DNA of 64,000 bases from an uncultured Woeseiaceae bacterium (GTDB lineage Bacteria > Pseudomonadota > Gammaproteobacteria > Steroidobacterales > Woeseiaceae). Location: NCBI GenBank assembly GCA_964528965.1, contig CAZGVL010000006.1, positions 10,265 through 74,264 of the forward strand, written 5' to 3'. A program made the position numbers and the translations under genes. Positions 1-9,292 of this stretch are shown in pieces (the stretch's first letter is position 1; each line of letters starts with the position of its first letter). Below the pieces are notes generated by a model. It saw only the letters and a list, made by a program, of their open reading frames with translations, ran no database searches and had not been told where the DNA came from.

Positions 1-410
1 GAGAGTAGTTGCTCCAGCGACGATTCGTGGCATCGCACTCGGACAGGCTGGTCAGCGGTGAGTGCTGGCGCGATGATGCGCTCCGCAATAATTTTCGGGA
101 TAGAGCTAACAATGCCGACGTTGAGCAATTTCGGACCACTCAGTTGGTTGCCACGAACGACGTTCGTTAGTTCCGCGCCAACCGAGAAAATCTCGTCCGC
201 ATATTCGAACACCACTTTGCCCATGTCTGACAAGACCAGTCGCCGTCCGGCGCGATTGAAGAGCGGTTGCCCAACCGCTTCATCCAGCAACTTAAGCTGT
301 CCACTGATGGTCTGTGGCGTTAGATGTAATGCAATTGAAGCCTTCGCAATGCTGCCCTCACGGCCAACCGTCCAAAAGTACTGCAAATGATTGTAGTTAA
401 GGTGACGCAT
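1..410 (-). CDS. nhaR: LysR-family transcriptional activator, NhaR-like. Only the N-terminal ~136 codons are present; the gene runs off the left edge.
   Basis: Absent from the ORF track because it has no stop in the window. Reverse-strand translation from the ATG (complement of 408-410) gives MRHLNYNHLQYFWTVGREGSIAKASIALHLTPQTISGQLKLLDEAVGQPLFNRAGRRLVLSDMG... This matches the NYNHL-YFW / LTPQTI-GQ winged-HTH signature I recall from E. coli NhaR. The listed + ORF 58-390 is its antisense shadow. Confidence 0.8.
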   Translation of the reverse strand, partial: MRHLNYNHLQYFWTVGREGSIAKASIALHLTPQTISGQLKLLDEAVGQPLFNRAGRRLVLSDMGKVVFEYADEIFSVGAELTNVVRGNQLSGPKLLNVGIVSSIPKIIAERIIAPALTADQPVRVRCHESSLEQLL

Positions 411-504
411 CTGGGGATTCCGCTGGGCCGATAGAGTGACTTAAGAGTCTTTGTGGTCGGCGAAAATTTGCTAACCGCTGCTGCGCGTTTGGGTTGGCGA
501 AATT

Positions 505-528
505 TCGCATTTCCATGTCGCATTTCCA
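505..528. repeat. Perfect 11-bp direct repeat TCGCATTTCCA x2 with a 13-bp period, in the nhaR / hpf-like divergent intergenic region
   Basis: Read directly: copies at 505-515 and 518-528. Coordinates were cross-checked against the translation of ORF 453-638. Function unknown; a regulator-binding site is possible. Confidence 0.85.
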
Positions 529-634
529 ATGTACTTCAGTATAACGGAAAAACCGATCAAAGTGATCGATTACTTCGACTGGACCGAGGTTTCTTTGGCG
601 TTAAGCTAGGACCAAGCCAAACAGGAGATTTTCG

Positions 635-1003
635 ATGAATATCACGGCAACAGCGCAGGGTTTTGACCTCAGCACGTCCATCGATAGTTTTGTTCGTGAC
701 GAACTGCAAGCGGCTCTTGGGCGTTTCAACGAAGGCATCGTTTCTGTGGATGTCTTCATGAAGGACATCAATGGTCCGAAGGGCGGTGTTGATAAGCAAG
801 TCCTGACTCGAATTCAACTGCGAAATCGTCGCTCGATCGCGACGGAGACCGCGCACACGGATCTTTACGCTGCTATTAAAAATTGTGCAAAAAAATCCAA
901 GCGAGTGGTACGGCGTAATCTCAAGAAGTCGATGCGAATCGGAAAATTGCGATTACGCGACCTTGACTACAATGACGAGTTAGCTGCGCTTCCCGAATCC
1001 TGA
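635..1003 (+). CDS. Ribosome hibernation factor family protein (HPF/RaiA/YfiA, S30AE family)
   Basis: 122 aa. MNITATAQGFDLSTSIDSFVRDEL... and ...HTDLYAAIKNCAKKSKRVVRRNLKK parallel E. coli HPF (MQLNITG..., DMYAAIDGLIDKLARQLTKHKDK). GGAG lies 8 nt upstream of the ATG. Confidence 0.8.
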   Translation: MNITATAQGFDLSTSIDSFVRDELQAALGRFNEGIVSVDVFMKDINGPKGGVDKQVLTRIQLRNRRSIATETAHTDLYAAIKNCAKKSKRVVRRNLKKSMRIGKLRLRDLDYNDELAALPES

Positions 1004-1135
1004 GGGATTTATCCGGACGAGAATGCCGGTCTCAATACGCTTGCGAACAGGGAACGTGCGAGAAAGAGGACTCTTATCACACGCTGACGCCAGAATTTGT
1101 CGAGCCTTAGCAGGCAGTCAACGTCAGCCGAACAA

Positions 1136-1165
1136 GAGCTAGCGGCAAGCAAATGCCGCTAGCTC
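1136..1165. terminator. Perfect 12-bp stem hairpin (GAGCTAGCGGCA-agcaaa-TGCCGCTAGCTC) between convergent genes
   Basis: Seen in sequence, 8 nt beyond the reverse-strand stop at 1173. On the minus strand it is followed by TTGTTCGG. There is no clean U-tract, so its terminator function is only plausible. Confidence 0.4.
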
Positions 1166-1172
1166 CCCTGGG

Positions 1173-1899
1173 TTATAGCTCGAGTGGTTCTGCAAGCTCT
1201 GTTTCCAGCAGCGTACCCGAGGGCACATACAAAGACGCGCCACCTGTCAAAATTGAAGCACCAAGGCCGACTTTTGCGCCGGTCTTCGCCCCGGAGCTGC
1301 CATCGATCAGGCCGCCGATTGCCGCTGCTCGGGCGGTTTTGCCGACAGTGTTCTTAGCCTCGTTATCGGTAACTGCTCCCAAAGCCGCAGTAGTCATCGG
1401 ATAGAGTCGATCATCAATCATCAAATCGGTGAACGTCAGGCTGAGTTCGGCACTACCTACGGCACGACGGGATTTCTTTGATTGCACGACAACGCCATAG
1501 GCCATTGTGCCGCGCGGAGCCATTGTCTGCCCATTGGCGACCAGAGCGCCTTCGAGCTGGCGACGGAACTAATGTCCGGTTCCATGCTTCTTGGAATCCA
1601 CAGTATCGGCATGCGAATGACTAAACGAGTCCCCGCCGGAACGACAAACACTTCGTTCGCAGGAGAGGCCGCCGCAGCCTCTGCGGTCTGTACGCCCGCG
1701 CTCAAAAAGTACCAACCACTTCGGCTTCCGGGAAAGCCTCAATGGATTCACCGGTATTGAACATGACAATGCCGTTCCTTGAACCGACGAAGTCGCCTTC
1801 AAGCAAGTTGCCATCAGCAAGCTCGAGACTGTCTGCCAGCGAGACCCCTGCGACCGCTGTCAGCAGCAAAGCGAAGGAAGCTGTGATGGTTTTCTTCAT
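1173..1899 (-). pseudogene. Decayed gene for a secreted Gly-zipper-type protein, carrying two frameshifts and one in-frame TAG
   Basis: Reverse-strand ORFs 1702-1899, 1457-1705, 1569-1820 and 1173-1523 read as one protein if three lesions are bridged. Fragment 1 is the signal peptide MKKTITASFALLLTAVAGVSLA...EAEVVGTF, followed by a stop. Lesion 1 is the A5 run at 1704-1708; one extra base would give GTFLSAGVQTAEAAAASPANEVFVVPAGTRLVIRM. Lesion 2 is a frame shift near 1607-1612, leading into ADTVDSKKHGTGH. Lesion 3 is a TAG (complement of 1569-1571). The reading then continues FRRQLEGALVANGQTMAPRGTMAYGVVVQSKK...AAAIGGLIDGSSGAKTGAKVGLGASILTGGA. Confidence 0.6.
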
Positions 1900-1994
1900 G
1901 GTGGCTTCTCCTGAGAAGCACTCTCTCGGAATGCCTGCAGATTTTAGAATTCTTACGAAGTCGAAGACAACGCCAAGGACGCCGCGCCGGAATC

Positions 1995-3821
1995 CTATTC
2001 CTCGTCAGCTCCGAGCCAACTGTTCCTGAACGATTTTCTGGAGCGACTTAACTTCTGCTCATCGGCTTCGTAGCTTACGACCACTAGCGTTTTGTCCTCG
2101 GCAAACGTCAACTGCGTCGCGCGCGGAACTTCGCGTTGTATATAGTGGAGGGTCGCGGTATCACCAGGTTCGAATCGAGCCAGCGCCGCATCCCATTGTT
2201 CCTGACTCTGGATCTGTAACCTGTCGATAGCAACTATCTGATCGCCGCGATCGAGTCCGGATTCGTAAGCTGGGGTGCCGACAATCGTATTGTCTTTGAC
2301 GATGGCGGCCTTGCCCTCAAACTGGAGCATGATGGGACCAACACTTGCCGCACCCCTATTTGCTGCGCGAAGAATGAGTCCGGCGCTGTCCAGCAATGCG
2401 GCGTAATCCGGCAACTCCTGCCCGTTGATGTAGCGACCAAAGAAATCATTGGTGAACTCTTCATCTCCCGTAACGACCGCAAGTGCTTTACGTAAGTCAT
2501 CGGAGGAATAGGGTATTTCCGTCTTCCCATATTCTTTCCACATGTAGCGCATAAACGTGTCGAGTGTGACGTCTTTGAAAGAACTCCGAAGCGTAAGATC
2601 GAGACCGAGCCCGAGCATATCTCCGTAGGTGTAGTAGCTAATGAAGGTGTTGACGAAATTTGTCGGGTCCAGCGCCGTCGCGTCATCGGTAAAAGGTGCT
2701 TGCATGCTCATGCCAGGCGACGAAGCGTAAGAACGCCCGGGGGAAAGCATGACCTTGTTGAGCGCATCAGTCAGGGCCTCAGAGTACTCATCGATGCTGA
2801 ATTCACCGGCACGCCTCAGCGCGAGTGCGGTGAGGTAGTTCGTGAATCCCTCTGCAAACCAAAGGCTCTTGGACATATTGGCCTGCTCGAAGTCAAACGG
2901 CTCAAGCATGTCTGGACGAATTCGCTCGACGTTCCAGCTATGAATGAACTCGTGGGCAAGCACGCCAATATGGGGTTTGAAATCCGCATCGATGAGCGAC
3001 TCCGGTATTGTCAATATAGTCGAATTGCGATGTTCCATGCCGTCGCCCGTTGCGTACGGCAGAAAGTCAGCGATAAAGGTGTAGGTGCCATAGTCGAAAT
3101 CCGGCAGCTCGCCGAATATTTCCACAAGCGCTGCAACGACCCTTTGCGCCTTTTCGAAATAGACATCGACATCTTCCTCGATGCCGTTGTGATGCACTGC
3201 AAGACGAATAGTGGCTGACTTTCCATTGGAATCAATCTGCCAGCTTCTTTCTGAAAAATTGCTGAGCTCTACCGGGCTATCCATCAGGTAGTGAAAATTC
3301 GGCGCGGTATACACGTAGGGGTCGTCGGTTGGCACTAGTTGTGTCGCGACTTTCCAGTTATCAACGGCCGGAGCAAAAGTCAGAATGGCCGGGCGGTCGT
3401 CGAAGCCTCTCGCCCACATCAGCGTCGCCGGTATGTTCAGGTGGGCATGCGTCAGATCAATCGCTGAGTAAGTGCCATCCAGTAAGTCGGCATATAAGGT
3501 GTACGCCATTGCTACCGTTCCGTCGTGGCCGGCGACGTCCCATTGATAAGGGCTGGGTCGCGTGAATTCCAGCGGACTTCCAGCGCCATCGACAACCGAG
3601 ACGTTATAGACATTCTTTGCGAACTCATGAATGGCATAACGGCCAGGCGACGACCGGCTCATGCGCAGCTGCAACGTCTCATCTCCGATATCCGAGTATG
3701 TAACGGTAATGCGCGCCTCATGATGTGCCGCGTTTTCGAACGAAAGTTTGTAGGTCACAGGAGCTGCGGCGACAGTCACCACGGGAAACAGCGTAACGGC
3801 AAGGGCGGCCAGCTTTATCAT
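1995..3821 (-). CDS. M61 family glycyl aminopeptidase with C-terminal PDZ domain, secreted
   Basis: 608 aa with a signal peptide (MIKLAALAVTLFPVVTVAAA). It has the HExxH motif in HEFIHSWNVERIRP plus a downstream FAEGFTNY (third-ligand Glu), typical of M61. A PDZ-like GLDRGDQIVAIDRLQI lies near the C-terminus. Confidence 0.85.
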   Translation of the reverse strand: MIKLAALAVTLFPVVTVAAAPVTYKLSFENAAHHEARITVTYSDIGDETLQLRMSRSSPGRYAIHEFAKNVYNVSVVDGAGSPLEFTRPSPYQWDVAGHDGTVAMAYTLYADLLDGTYSAIDLTHAHLNIPATLMWARGFDDRPAILTFAPAVDNWKVATQLVPTDDPYVYTAPNFHYLMDSPVELSNFSERSWQIDSNGKSATIRLAVHHNGIEEDVDVYFEKAQRVVAALVEIFGELPDFDYGTYTFIADFLPYATGDGMEHRNSTILTIPESLIDADFKPHIGVLAHEFIHSWNVERIRPDMLEPFDFEQANMSKSLWFAEGFTNYLTALALRRAGEFSIDEYSEALTDALNKVMLSPGRSYASSPGMSMQAPFTDDATALDPTNFVNTFISYYTYGDMLGLGLDLTLRSSFKDVTLDTFMRYMWKEYGKTEIPYSSDDLRKALAVVTGDEEFTNDFFGRYINGQELPDYAALLDSAGLILRAANRGAASVGPIMLQFEGKAAIVKDNTIVGTPAYESGLDRGDQIVAIDRLQIQSQEQWDAALARFEPGDTATLHYIQREVPRATQLTFAEDKTLVVVSYEADEQKLSRSRKSFRNSWLGADEE

Positions 3822-3984
3822 TTTTGTTCTCGCCAGGTCGGGTACTGGAGCAGGGCGGCAGACTATAGCATCGCTTGACTAGCCAGCTTCTGATAATTCA
3901 GGTCGATCTACCGACCTTGCAAATCACTTAGTCTGCAGTTGCGCAAGAGCTTTGATGCTGGCCAGTGCGCGAAACCGGTATTGC

Positions 3985-4233
3985 CTATGCACTCAGCAAA
4001 ATACGCAATGCGACATACGGACCGAAGTGCGTCACCAGCAAGGCAATTTTGTACTGGCCCATGATTTTATACATGATCTTGTCAAAGTCTCCGCGGCTAA
4101 TCGATGTGACAAAGGTTTGAGTTCTGTACGTCCATTCAGGCAGCATTTTTAGCGCTAAAACCCAGATCAGGAAGATGCTGAAATTAATCACCATGCTCCA
4201 GCCAAGAACGCTCGCAACAGTTTCCATAGTCAT
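3985..4233 (-). CDS. Small two-TM membrane protein, function unknown
   Basis: 82 aa with two hydrophobic helices (VASVLGWSMVINFSIFLIWVLAL; KIALLVTHFGPYVALRILL). It resembles a conserved small DUF family I recall, but the family assignment is unverified. Confidence 0.55.
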   Translation of the reverse strand: MTMETVASVLGWSMVINFSIFLIWVLALKMLPEWTYRTQTFVTSISRGDFDKIMYKIMGQYKIALLVTHFGPYVALRILLSA

Positions 4234-4293
4234 CTATTTCTCCACAATGATTCGGGACTGGACTTCAAACTTGTAAATCAAATGATTGCGCGG

Positions 4294-5460
4294 CTAATCG
4301 AACAACGGCCTCATTCTGGCAATGCCTTCTCGAATGTCCTGTTCGTTGTAATGAGCAAAGCTCAAGCGAGCGAAGTTCCCTAACTGCCCCTTGCTCGAAA
4401 ACACACTCCCTGCCTGAAAGCCGGTCTGCAGTTCACGCGCCCGATCACGTAGTAGGGCGGTGTCGATTAAAGCATCAAAGCGCAACCAGAAGAAGTAGCC
4501 GCCATTGGGTCGGGTCCACGTAGCAAGCCCGCCAAAGTGTTCCTGCAGGGCTTCATCCATAGCTTCGACTCTGCTGCGGTAGGTGCTTTTCAATTTCGCG
4601 AGGTGCGCGTCAAGTAGACCGAGGTCAATGGCATTTCTGACGATATGTGAGGCGAGGTGATTAATACTGCCTCCGCTGTTAACGAAGCCGTTGCCAGACA
4701 GCTCTTCTCTAAGTTTCTCTGAGGTTTGAATCCAGCCAAGGCGAATTCCTGGCGCGAGTATTTTCGAGAACGAGCCAAGCGATACAACGTGATCACTCTC
4801 GACCATCGTGCCGTACGCGGGCGGCGGTGGATTGAAGTAGTAGAGAAGTTGATAGACCTCGTCCGCAACGATCTTAAAATCATGCGTCTTGGCTAGTTCG
4901 ACAATTTTTTGTCGTCTTGCCGCGGACGTGCACTGGCCTCCGGGATTGTGATAGCTGGGTATGGTGTAGAGAAAAGCCGGAGTCGTAGTCGCCAGTGCCT
5001 TCTGCAACGCATCGACACAAAGTCCATTTTCGTCGATCGGAATGCTAACAATTTTGAGGCCATGGTCCCGAAAAATACGGTAGGCCAGAAAATAGGTCGG
5101 TTCCTCGACAAAGATTGTATCGCCGGGTTTGGCGAACACCGTCGCGACCATGTCCATCGCTTGCGAGTTGCCACCAGTGAGAAACAGATTCTCAGGAACC
5201 GCCGGAGTGCCATAGCCGGCAGTCAGAAAGTCGGCGAGTGACGTAAGGAAACGCGCATCGCCCTGCAGGACACCATAGTTCAATTCGATTGGCTGTGCGC
5301 TTGCGTAAAAGGCGTCGCTGGCCTGCCGCATCAAGTCGACTGGCAACAGATCTGCTGACGGCTGGCCTATACCGAAATTTATTGTGCCTGGCGCTGGTGC
5401 GCCATCAAATGTCGGCGCTTTGCTCAAGATGAGTTTCGCCGGGTCAATTGCCTGATGCAC
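4294..5460 (-). CDS. PLP-dependent aminotransferase, class I/II fold
   Basis: 388 aa. Contains the SFSKILAPGIRLGW motif (PLP-lysine SxSK), YTIPSYHNPGG and a GNSQAMD-type motif, typical of the 2-aminoadipate/aromatic aminotransferase-like group. Confidence 0.85.
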   Translation of the reverse strand: MHQAIDPAKLILSKAPTFDGAPAPGTINFGIGQPSADLLPVDLMRQASDAFYASAQPIELNYGVLQGDARFLTSLADFLTAGYGTPAVPENLFLTGGNSQAMDMVATVFAKPGDTIFVEEPTYFLAYRIFRDHGLKIVSIPIDENGLCVDALQKALATTTPAFLYTIPSYHNPGGQCTSAARRQKIVELAKTHDFKIVADEVYQLLYYFNPPPPAYGTMVESDHVVSLGSFSKILAPGIRLGWIQTSEKLREELSGNGFVNSGGSINHLASHIVRNAIDLGLLDAHLAKLKSTYRSRVEAMDEALQEHFGGLATWTRPNGGYFFWLRFDALIDTALLRDRARELQTGFQAGSVFSSKGQLGNFARLSFAHYNEQDIREGIARMRPLFD

Positions 5461-5683
5461 ATATCTTTGGACCTTTGTGAGCTCGCCATCCAGATAATAC
5501 CGGAGTCGATATTGCTGAGCATGCTGTGCAATCTACAGGGAAAGGTCACCAATCCAAAATCGGCGGGCCTTCATGCAGTGATCATGGTCTGGACCGACGG
5601 GATTTCGCCGGGTTGCTGCTCCGGGCTTGGCGAAAGCTGATATCGTCGCAGCATGAGTACCAAACGTTGAGGAGAGCGCCAGA

Positions 5684-6127
5684 ATGAATATTGAGCTTGC
5701 CGCCGAGAAACACATTCCCGAAGTAGGTCGGCTGTTTGACTCGTATCGGCAGTTCTACGAGTGCGTGCCGGACATCGGGCTTGCAACAGATTTTGTTGCT
5801 GCGCGAATCGTGAACGGCGACTCGGCTATTTTCGTTGCGATCGATGATGCGGTGGCATTGGGTTTTGTGCAGCTATACCCATCGTTCTGTTCTGTTGAGG
5901 CGGTGAAGATTCAGATTCTCTACGATCTCTACGTCGACGCGGCGGCACGTCAGAGAAAAGTCGGTGAGAAGCTGATGAACCGTGCTTCTGAGTTCGCTCG
6001 CGATAGCGGTGCATCGAGGGTCGACCTGTTGACAGCTCACAGCAATACGATAGGTCAACACCTCTATGAGATGCTGGGCTATGAAATCGCCAACAAGGAT
6101 TTTCATGCCTACTCGCTGTACGTGTGA
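5684..6127 (+). CDS. GNAT family N-acetyltransferase
   Basis: 147 aa. Acetyl-CoA binding motif A is present (RQRKVGEKLM, i.e. Q/RxxGxG/A), followed by ...HLYEMLGY. Confidence 0.8.
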   Translation: MNIELAAEKHIPEVGRLFDSYRQFYECVPDIGLATDFVAARIVNGDSAIFVAIDDAVALGFVQLYPSFCSVEAVKIQILYDLYVDAAARQRKVGEKLMNRASEFARDSGASRVDLLTAHSNTIGQHLYEMLGYEIANKDFHAYSLYV

Positions 6128-6164
6128 ACATGACGGATAGTTGTAGAAGAACCTCAAGGTTTAC

Positions 6165-7070
6165 TTGATGACTGATTCTCGATGGCAGCAGGCGGTTGCC
6201 GACTTCGGGCATCGCATTCCGGCACCTTTGATTCTGATCTTCGCGCTCATCCTGATACAACTTAGCTCAGGCGCCGCGAAAATGATCATGACTCCGGCCA
6301 ACGCCAACGCACTGCTGTTCTTGCGGTTAGTGATCGGCGGCTCGCTCATGTGGCTGGTGATACGTCCGAAGGTGCTGCAGTTCAATCGATCGCAGTGGAT
6401 CGATATTGCGGTGCTTGGTGTCGCTTATGCACTTATCAATATCGCTGCCTACCAGGCGATCGTCCACTTGCCGCTTGCTCTCGTCGCTACGATCGGTTTT
6501 CTGGGTCCGCTTGCCGTCAGTCTTGGAGCTGCCCGCCAGGCACTGGAGTTCGTCTGGCCTGCGCTTGGTTTCGCGGGTGTGTTCATGCTTGCACCGATAA
6601 CGGGCGACGCTGATATCTCGTGGTCATCGCTGAGTTATGGCCTTGGCTTTGCCGCTGCGTGGGGAATCTACATCCTTGCGTCAGCTCGTGCCGGGCGATC
6701 CACGAGCGGGCTGGACGGCTTCACTGTTGCCAGCGTAATCGCCGCTGTTCTGCTGGCACCTATCGGTTATGCAGGGGCATCCTATTTCTGGAGCACGCCG
6801 ACGCTGATCATGATGACTCTGCTCGTCACATTATTGATCACGGCTCCGTTTGGACTGGAGTATCTCTCACTAAAACGCATAGAACCGCGAGTCTTCGGTG
6901 TGCTGTTGAGCCTTGAGCCGGCCATTGCCTCCGTTATCGGCATTATCCTGTTGCAGGAGATTCTCTCCCTCATGAGCTGGCTGGCAATCGCGATAGTAAC
7001 GGCAGCTGCAATTGGGGCGACCCTGTGTCACCGAGCTCCGCCGGTGGCGCAAGGAAGCGATGCAATATAG
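6165..7070 (+). CDS. rhtA: EamA/DMT superfamily exporter, RhtA-like (threonine/homoserine exporter family)
   Basis: 301 aa with about 10 TM segments. EFVWPALGFAGVFMLAP and PRVFGVLLSLEPAIASVIGIILLQEILSLMSWLAIAIVTAAAIGATL align with E. coli RhtA (DFVWVVLAVLGLWFLLP; TRTFGTLMSMEPALAAVSGMIFLGETLT...). Substrate is not established. Confidence 0.75.
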   Translation: MMTDSRWQQAVADFGHRIPAPLILIFALILIQLSSGAAKMIMTPANANALLFLRLVIGGSLMWLVIRPKVLQFNRSQWIDIAVLGVAYALINIAAYQAIVHLPLALVATIGFLGPLAVSLGAARQALEFVWPALGFAGVFMLAPITGDADISWSSLSYGLGFAAAWGIYILASARAGRSTSGLDGFTVASVIAAVLLAPIGYAGASYFWSTPTLIMMTLLVTLLITAPFGLEYLSLKRIEPRVFGVLLSLEPAIASVIGIILLQEILSLMSWLAIAIVTAAAIGATLCHRAPPVAQGSDAI

Positions 7071-7283
7071 GCGCGAACCTAACACCGTCACGTAGCAGCA
7101 CTGGGTGAGACCATTACAGCGGTCAAAGACCCGAGCCGTGAATATCTGAGTTGCTGATTTGCGGTTCACTATTGTTGAGATTGCGACATACGGAGGTCTA
7201 AGGAAGGCATAAGATTCGACTTATTCTGGGGCATAATGTCGCGGGCGAACCGTGCCGCCATCCAATAAACAGGAGTTCCGAGT

Positions 7284-7781
7284 ATGCGTCTACAAAGCAA
7301 GGGTTTGCGAGGTACAGGGATTGGTTTCGTGTTGTGTATTGCATTGCTGCTTGCAGCGCCCGGGATGGCAGAGGAGGCCGGCCCTGTTCGGGCCATCACC
7401 ATGGATGCTGAGAAGCTGGCCGGAATAGACCTACCCCATGAGCCCGCCTTTATCGCTCCAGAGGACGTTCTCGATGGCAAGCACAATCCTCGCGGAGAAG
7501 TGCTTTTCTATGGCGAAGAGTTGATTACCGAAATCTACGAGGACGACCCAGCCACCATCTTGTACGACGAACCGTTTCCACATGATGAGTTCATATTGAT
7601 ACTGAGTGGCAAACTCATACTGACGGGCAGCGATGGGGTGTCGCAAGAGTACGTTGCAGGAGATTCGCTGGTCTTACCGCGGGGCTTTACCGGTACCTGG
7701 CAAATGCTCGGCAACTATCGCGAATTGGTTACGATCGAGCGTGCGGCCTATGAAGAAGCCTACGGAACGGATGCCGACTAG
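7284..7781 (+). CDS. Secreted cupin-domain protein (DUF861/cupin_3-like)
   Basis: 165 aa with a signal peptide (GFVLCIALLLAAPGMA). The cupin core reads HDEFILILSGKLILTGSDG...AGDSLVLPRGFTGTWQ. Confidence 0.75.
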   Translation: MRLQSKGLRGTGIGFVLCIALLLAAPGMAEEAGPVRAITMDAEKLAGIDLPHEPAFIAPEDVLDGKHNPRGEVLFYGEELITEIYEDDPATILYDEPFPHDEFILILSGKLILTGSDGVSQEYVAGDSLVLPRGFTGTWQMLGNYRELVTIERAAYEEAYGTDAD

Positions 7782-7852
7782 CACAGATTCCGTTAGATCT
7801 TGATGCGCCTTACAGTGGAGTGCGTCCGCGCCTTGCAACTATTGCCCGGGCG

Positions 7853-9292
7853 TTACTGCATCACTGTCTTGAACACGAAGTTCGCGGCTGGGTCACCTGA
7901 ACCCGAGCTACCGTTCAGCGTACCTTGCGGTCTGATTCGTATGTCAGTGACCAGAGGGTCGGAGTTATCCGGACCGACTAACGGTATATAGAGCCAATTG
8001 GAGCCATCAATAGAAAAATCCACATCGTCGCTAAAATCACCTAGCGCTATGAACGTGTAGGTCAGGCCGCTGACCGGTGTGCCGTCGGCGAATTGCACGG
8101 GCCCTGAAGTTGCGCCATCAAAATCTATAACCTGTAACGCGGAGCCCGGGTCAATGGTATGTCTGAGTTCCAGGGTGTCCGGATCAACTGCTGTCGTGCC
8201 GGAATTAACCACGCCGATCGTATTGGCTATCACGGCTCTCGGAATAGCCTTTGGAAAGGAGGTGCCGTTGACCGGGTCCGACAGGGTTTGATTCGTAACG
8301 GTCACAGAAATGTCCGCACAAGAGCCAGTCTCGCCGGGTCCGAATGTGACGACCGGCACTGCCCTCGCCGAGCACTCCCTGCTGGACATCGAAATATTGC
8401 CAAGAGACATAGCCTGAAACGTGCCGCCCGGTCGCCTGAACTCCACGGTCAAGCCGCCATCGCAGCATCCCTCGAAGCCGAGAATTCGGATGCTGTGAGT
8501 CCCGGCAACAAGGTTTATAGTGCCCTGCAGGATTTGAGATGTGTTATTCCAGTTATTCGCCCACCAGAGATCGGCAAGCCACTTTTCGTCCAAAGCGACA
8601 TCATCGACGTACAGTCCACCGCCGCTGCCGAAGTCCGCACCATAGCGAAATTCCCACACGCCGGCTTCCGCTGGAGTGACGTCAAAGAAGGATTCGGCGA
8701 AAAGACCGAAATTGTCCTGGACACCGCCGGGGATCACGCTTGAATTGGTCACACCGGTATACGACGTTATTATTTCGCAACCGTAGCCATTAACCCCCTC
8801 CGGTGCGATGGCAAAAGCAGTTTCCGCCGCTGCGCGATTTGAGGGGTTTGCGGTTGAGTTGCGAGTATGAAACTGAAAGCCGGGTGTTGTGAATACCATC
8901 GGCGTCGATGCGCTTGGAACTCCGACAGGGCCATCGTAATACAGGCCAATTGTTTCTCCGCTGTTTCTAATTCTGGGAACAAGAACCCAGACTACTGCCG
9001 TCTGTCCGGCAGCATCCCACTGCTCTATGAAAAATGTCAGCTCTGGCTCGTTTGGGTTGTTTCCGTTAGGTACGTCAGTTACACGCAAGTCGTCGCCTTG
9101 CCTGAGCCAGTCCAGATCCGCCGGCACGTTGCTTGAATTCAGGTTCAGGCGAACTTGATAGTCACGTAGCTGACCATTATCTTGTTTCTCGATAAGTACC
9201 GTAAAGCGGTGCTTCCAGTCGCAGTCCCACCATGCGTTGGCGGGCGCCGCGACCAAAATCAATAGCAGAATTATAAGGCGTTGAACAAACAA
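7853..9292 (-). CDS. Secreted protein with an N-terminal DUF2341-like domain and a PA14-like domain
   Basis: 479 aa with a TTG start and a signal peptide (LLILVAAPANA). The DUF2341-type pattern is W.CDWKHRFTVLIE...LRDYQVRL...GDDLRV...FFIEQWD...AVVWVLVP...IGLYY. The middle part (GVWEFRYGADFGSGGGLYVDDVALDEKW...LVAGTHSIRILGFE) looks PA14-like. Confidence 0.7.
   Translation of the reverse strand: MFVQRLIILLLILVAAPANAWWDCDWKHRFTVLIEKQDNGQLRDYQVRLNLNSSNVPADLDWLRQGDDLRVTDVPNGNNPNEPELTFFIEQWDAAGQTAVVWVLVPRIRNSGETIGLYYDGPVGVPSASTPMVFTTPGFQFHTRNSTANPSNRAAAETAFAIAPEGVNGYGCEIITSYTGVTNSSVIPGGVQDNFGLFAESFFDVTPAEAGVWEFRYGADFGSGGGLYVDDVALDEKWLADLWWANNWNNTSQILQGTINLVAGTHSIRILGFEGCCDGGLTVEFRRPGGTFQAMSLGNISMSSRECSARAVPVVTFGPGETGSCADISVTVTNQTLSDPVNGTSFPKAIPRAVIANTIGVVNSGTTAVDPDTLELRHTIDPGSALQVIDFDGATSGPVQFADGTPVSGLTYTFIALGDFSDDVDFSIDGSNWLYIPLVGPDNSDPLVTDIRIRPQGTLNGSSGSGDPAANFVFKTVMQ

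Noticed and set aside
58-390. 110-aa + strand ORF at the left edge
   Set aside because: Antisense to the clearly recognisable NhaR-like LysR HTH, which is encoded on the minus strand and is partial and therefore missing from the track.
495-509. Sigma-54-like element TGGCGA-N5-CGCA upstream of the hibernation-factor gene (hpf is sigma-54-linked in some bacteria)
   Set aside because: The GG-to-GC spacing is 11 nt, not the 12 nt of TGGCACG-N4-TTGC, and the -12 element is CGCA rather than TTGC. The match overlaps the 11-bp direct repeat and is probably coincidental.
2167-2176. tRNA T-loop-like GGTTCGAATC
   Set aside because: It lies inside the M61 peptidase reading frame, and no acceptor, anticodon or D-arm complementarity surrounds it. 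No tRNA genes were found in the window.
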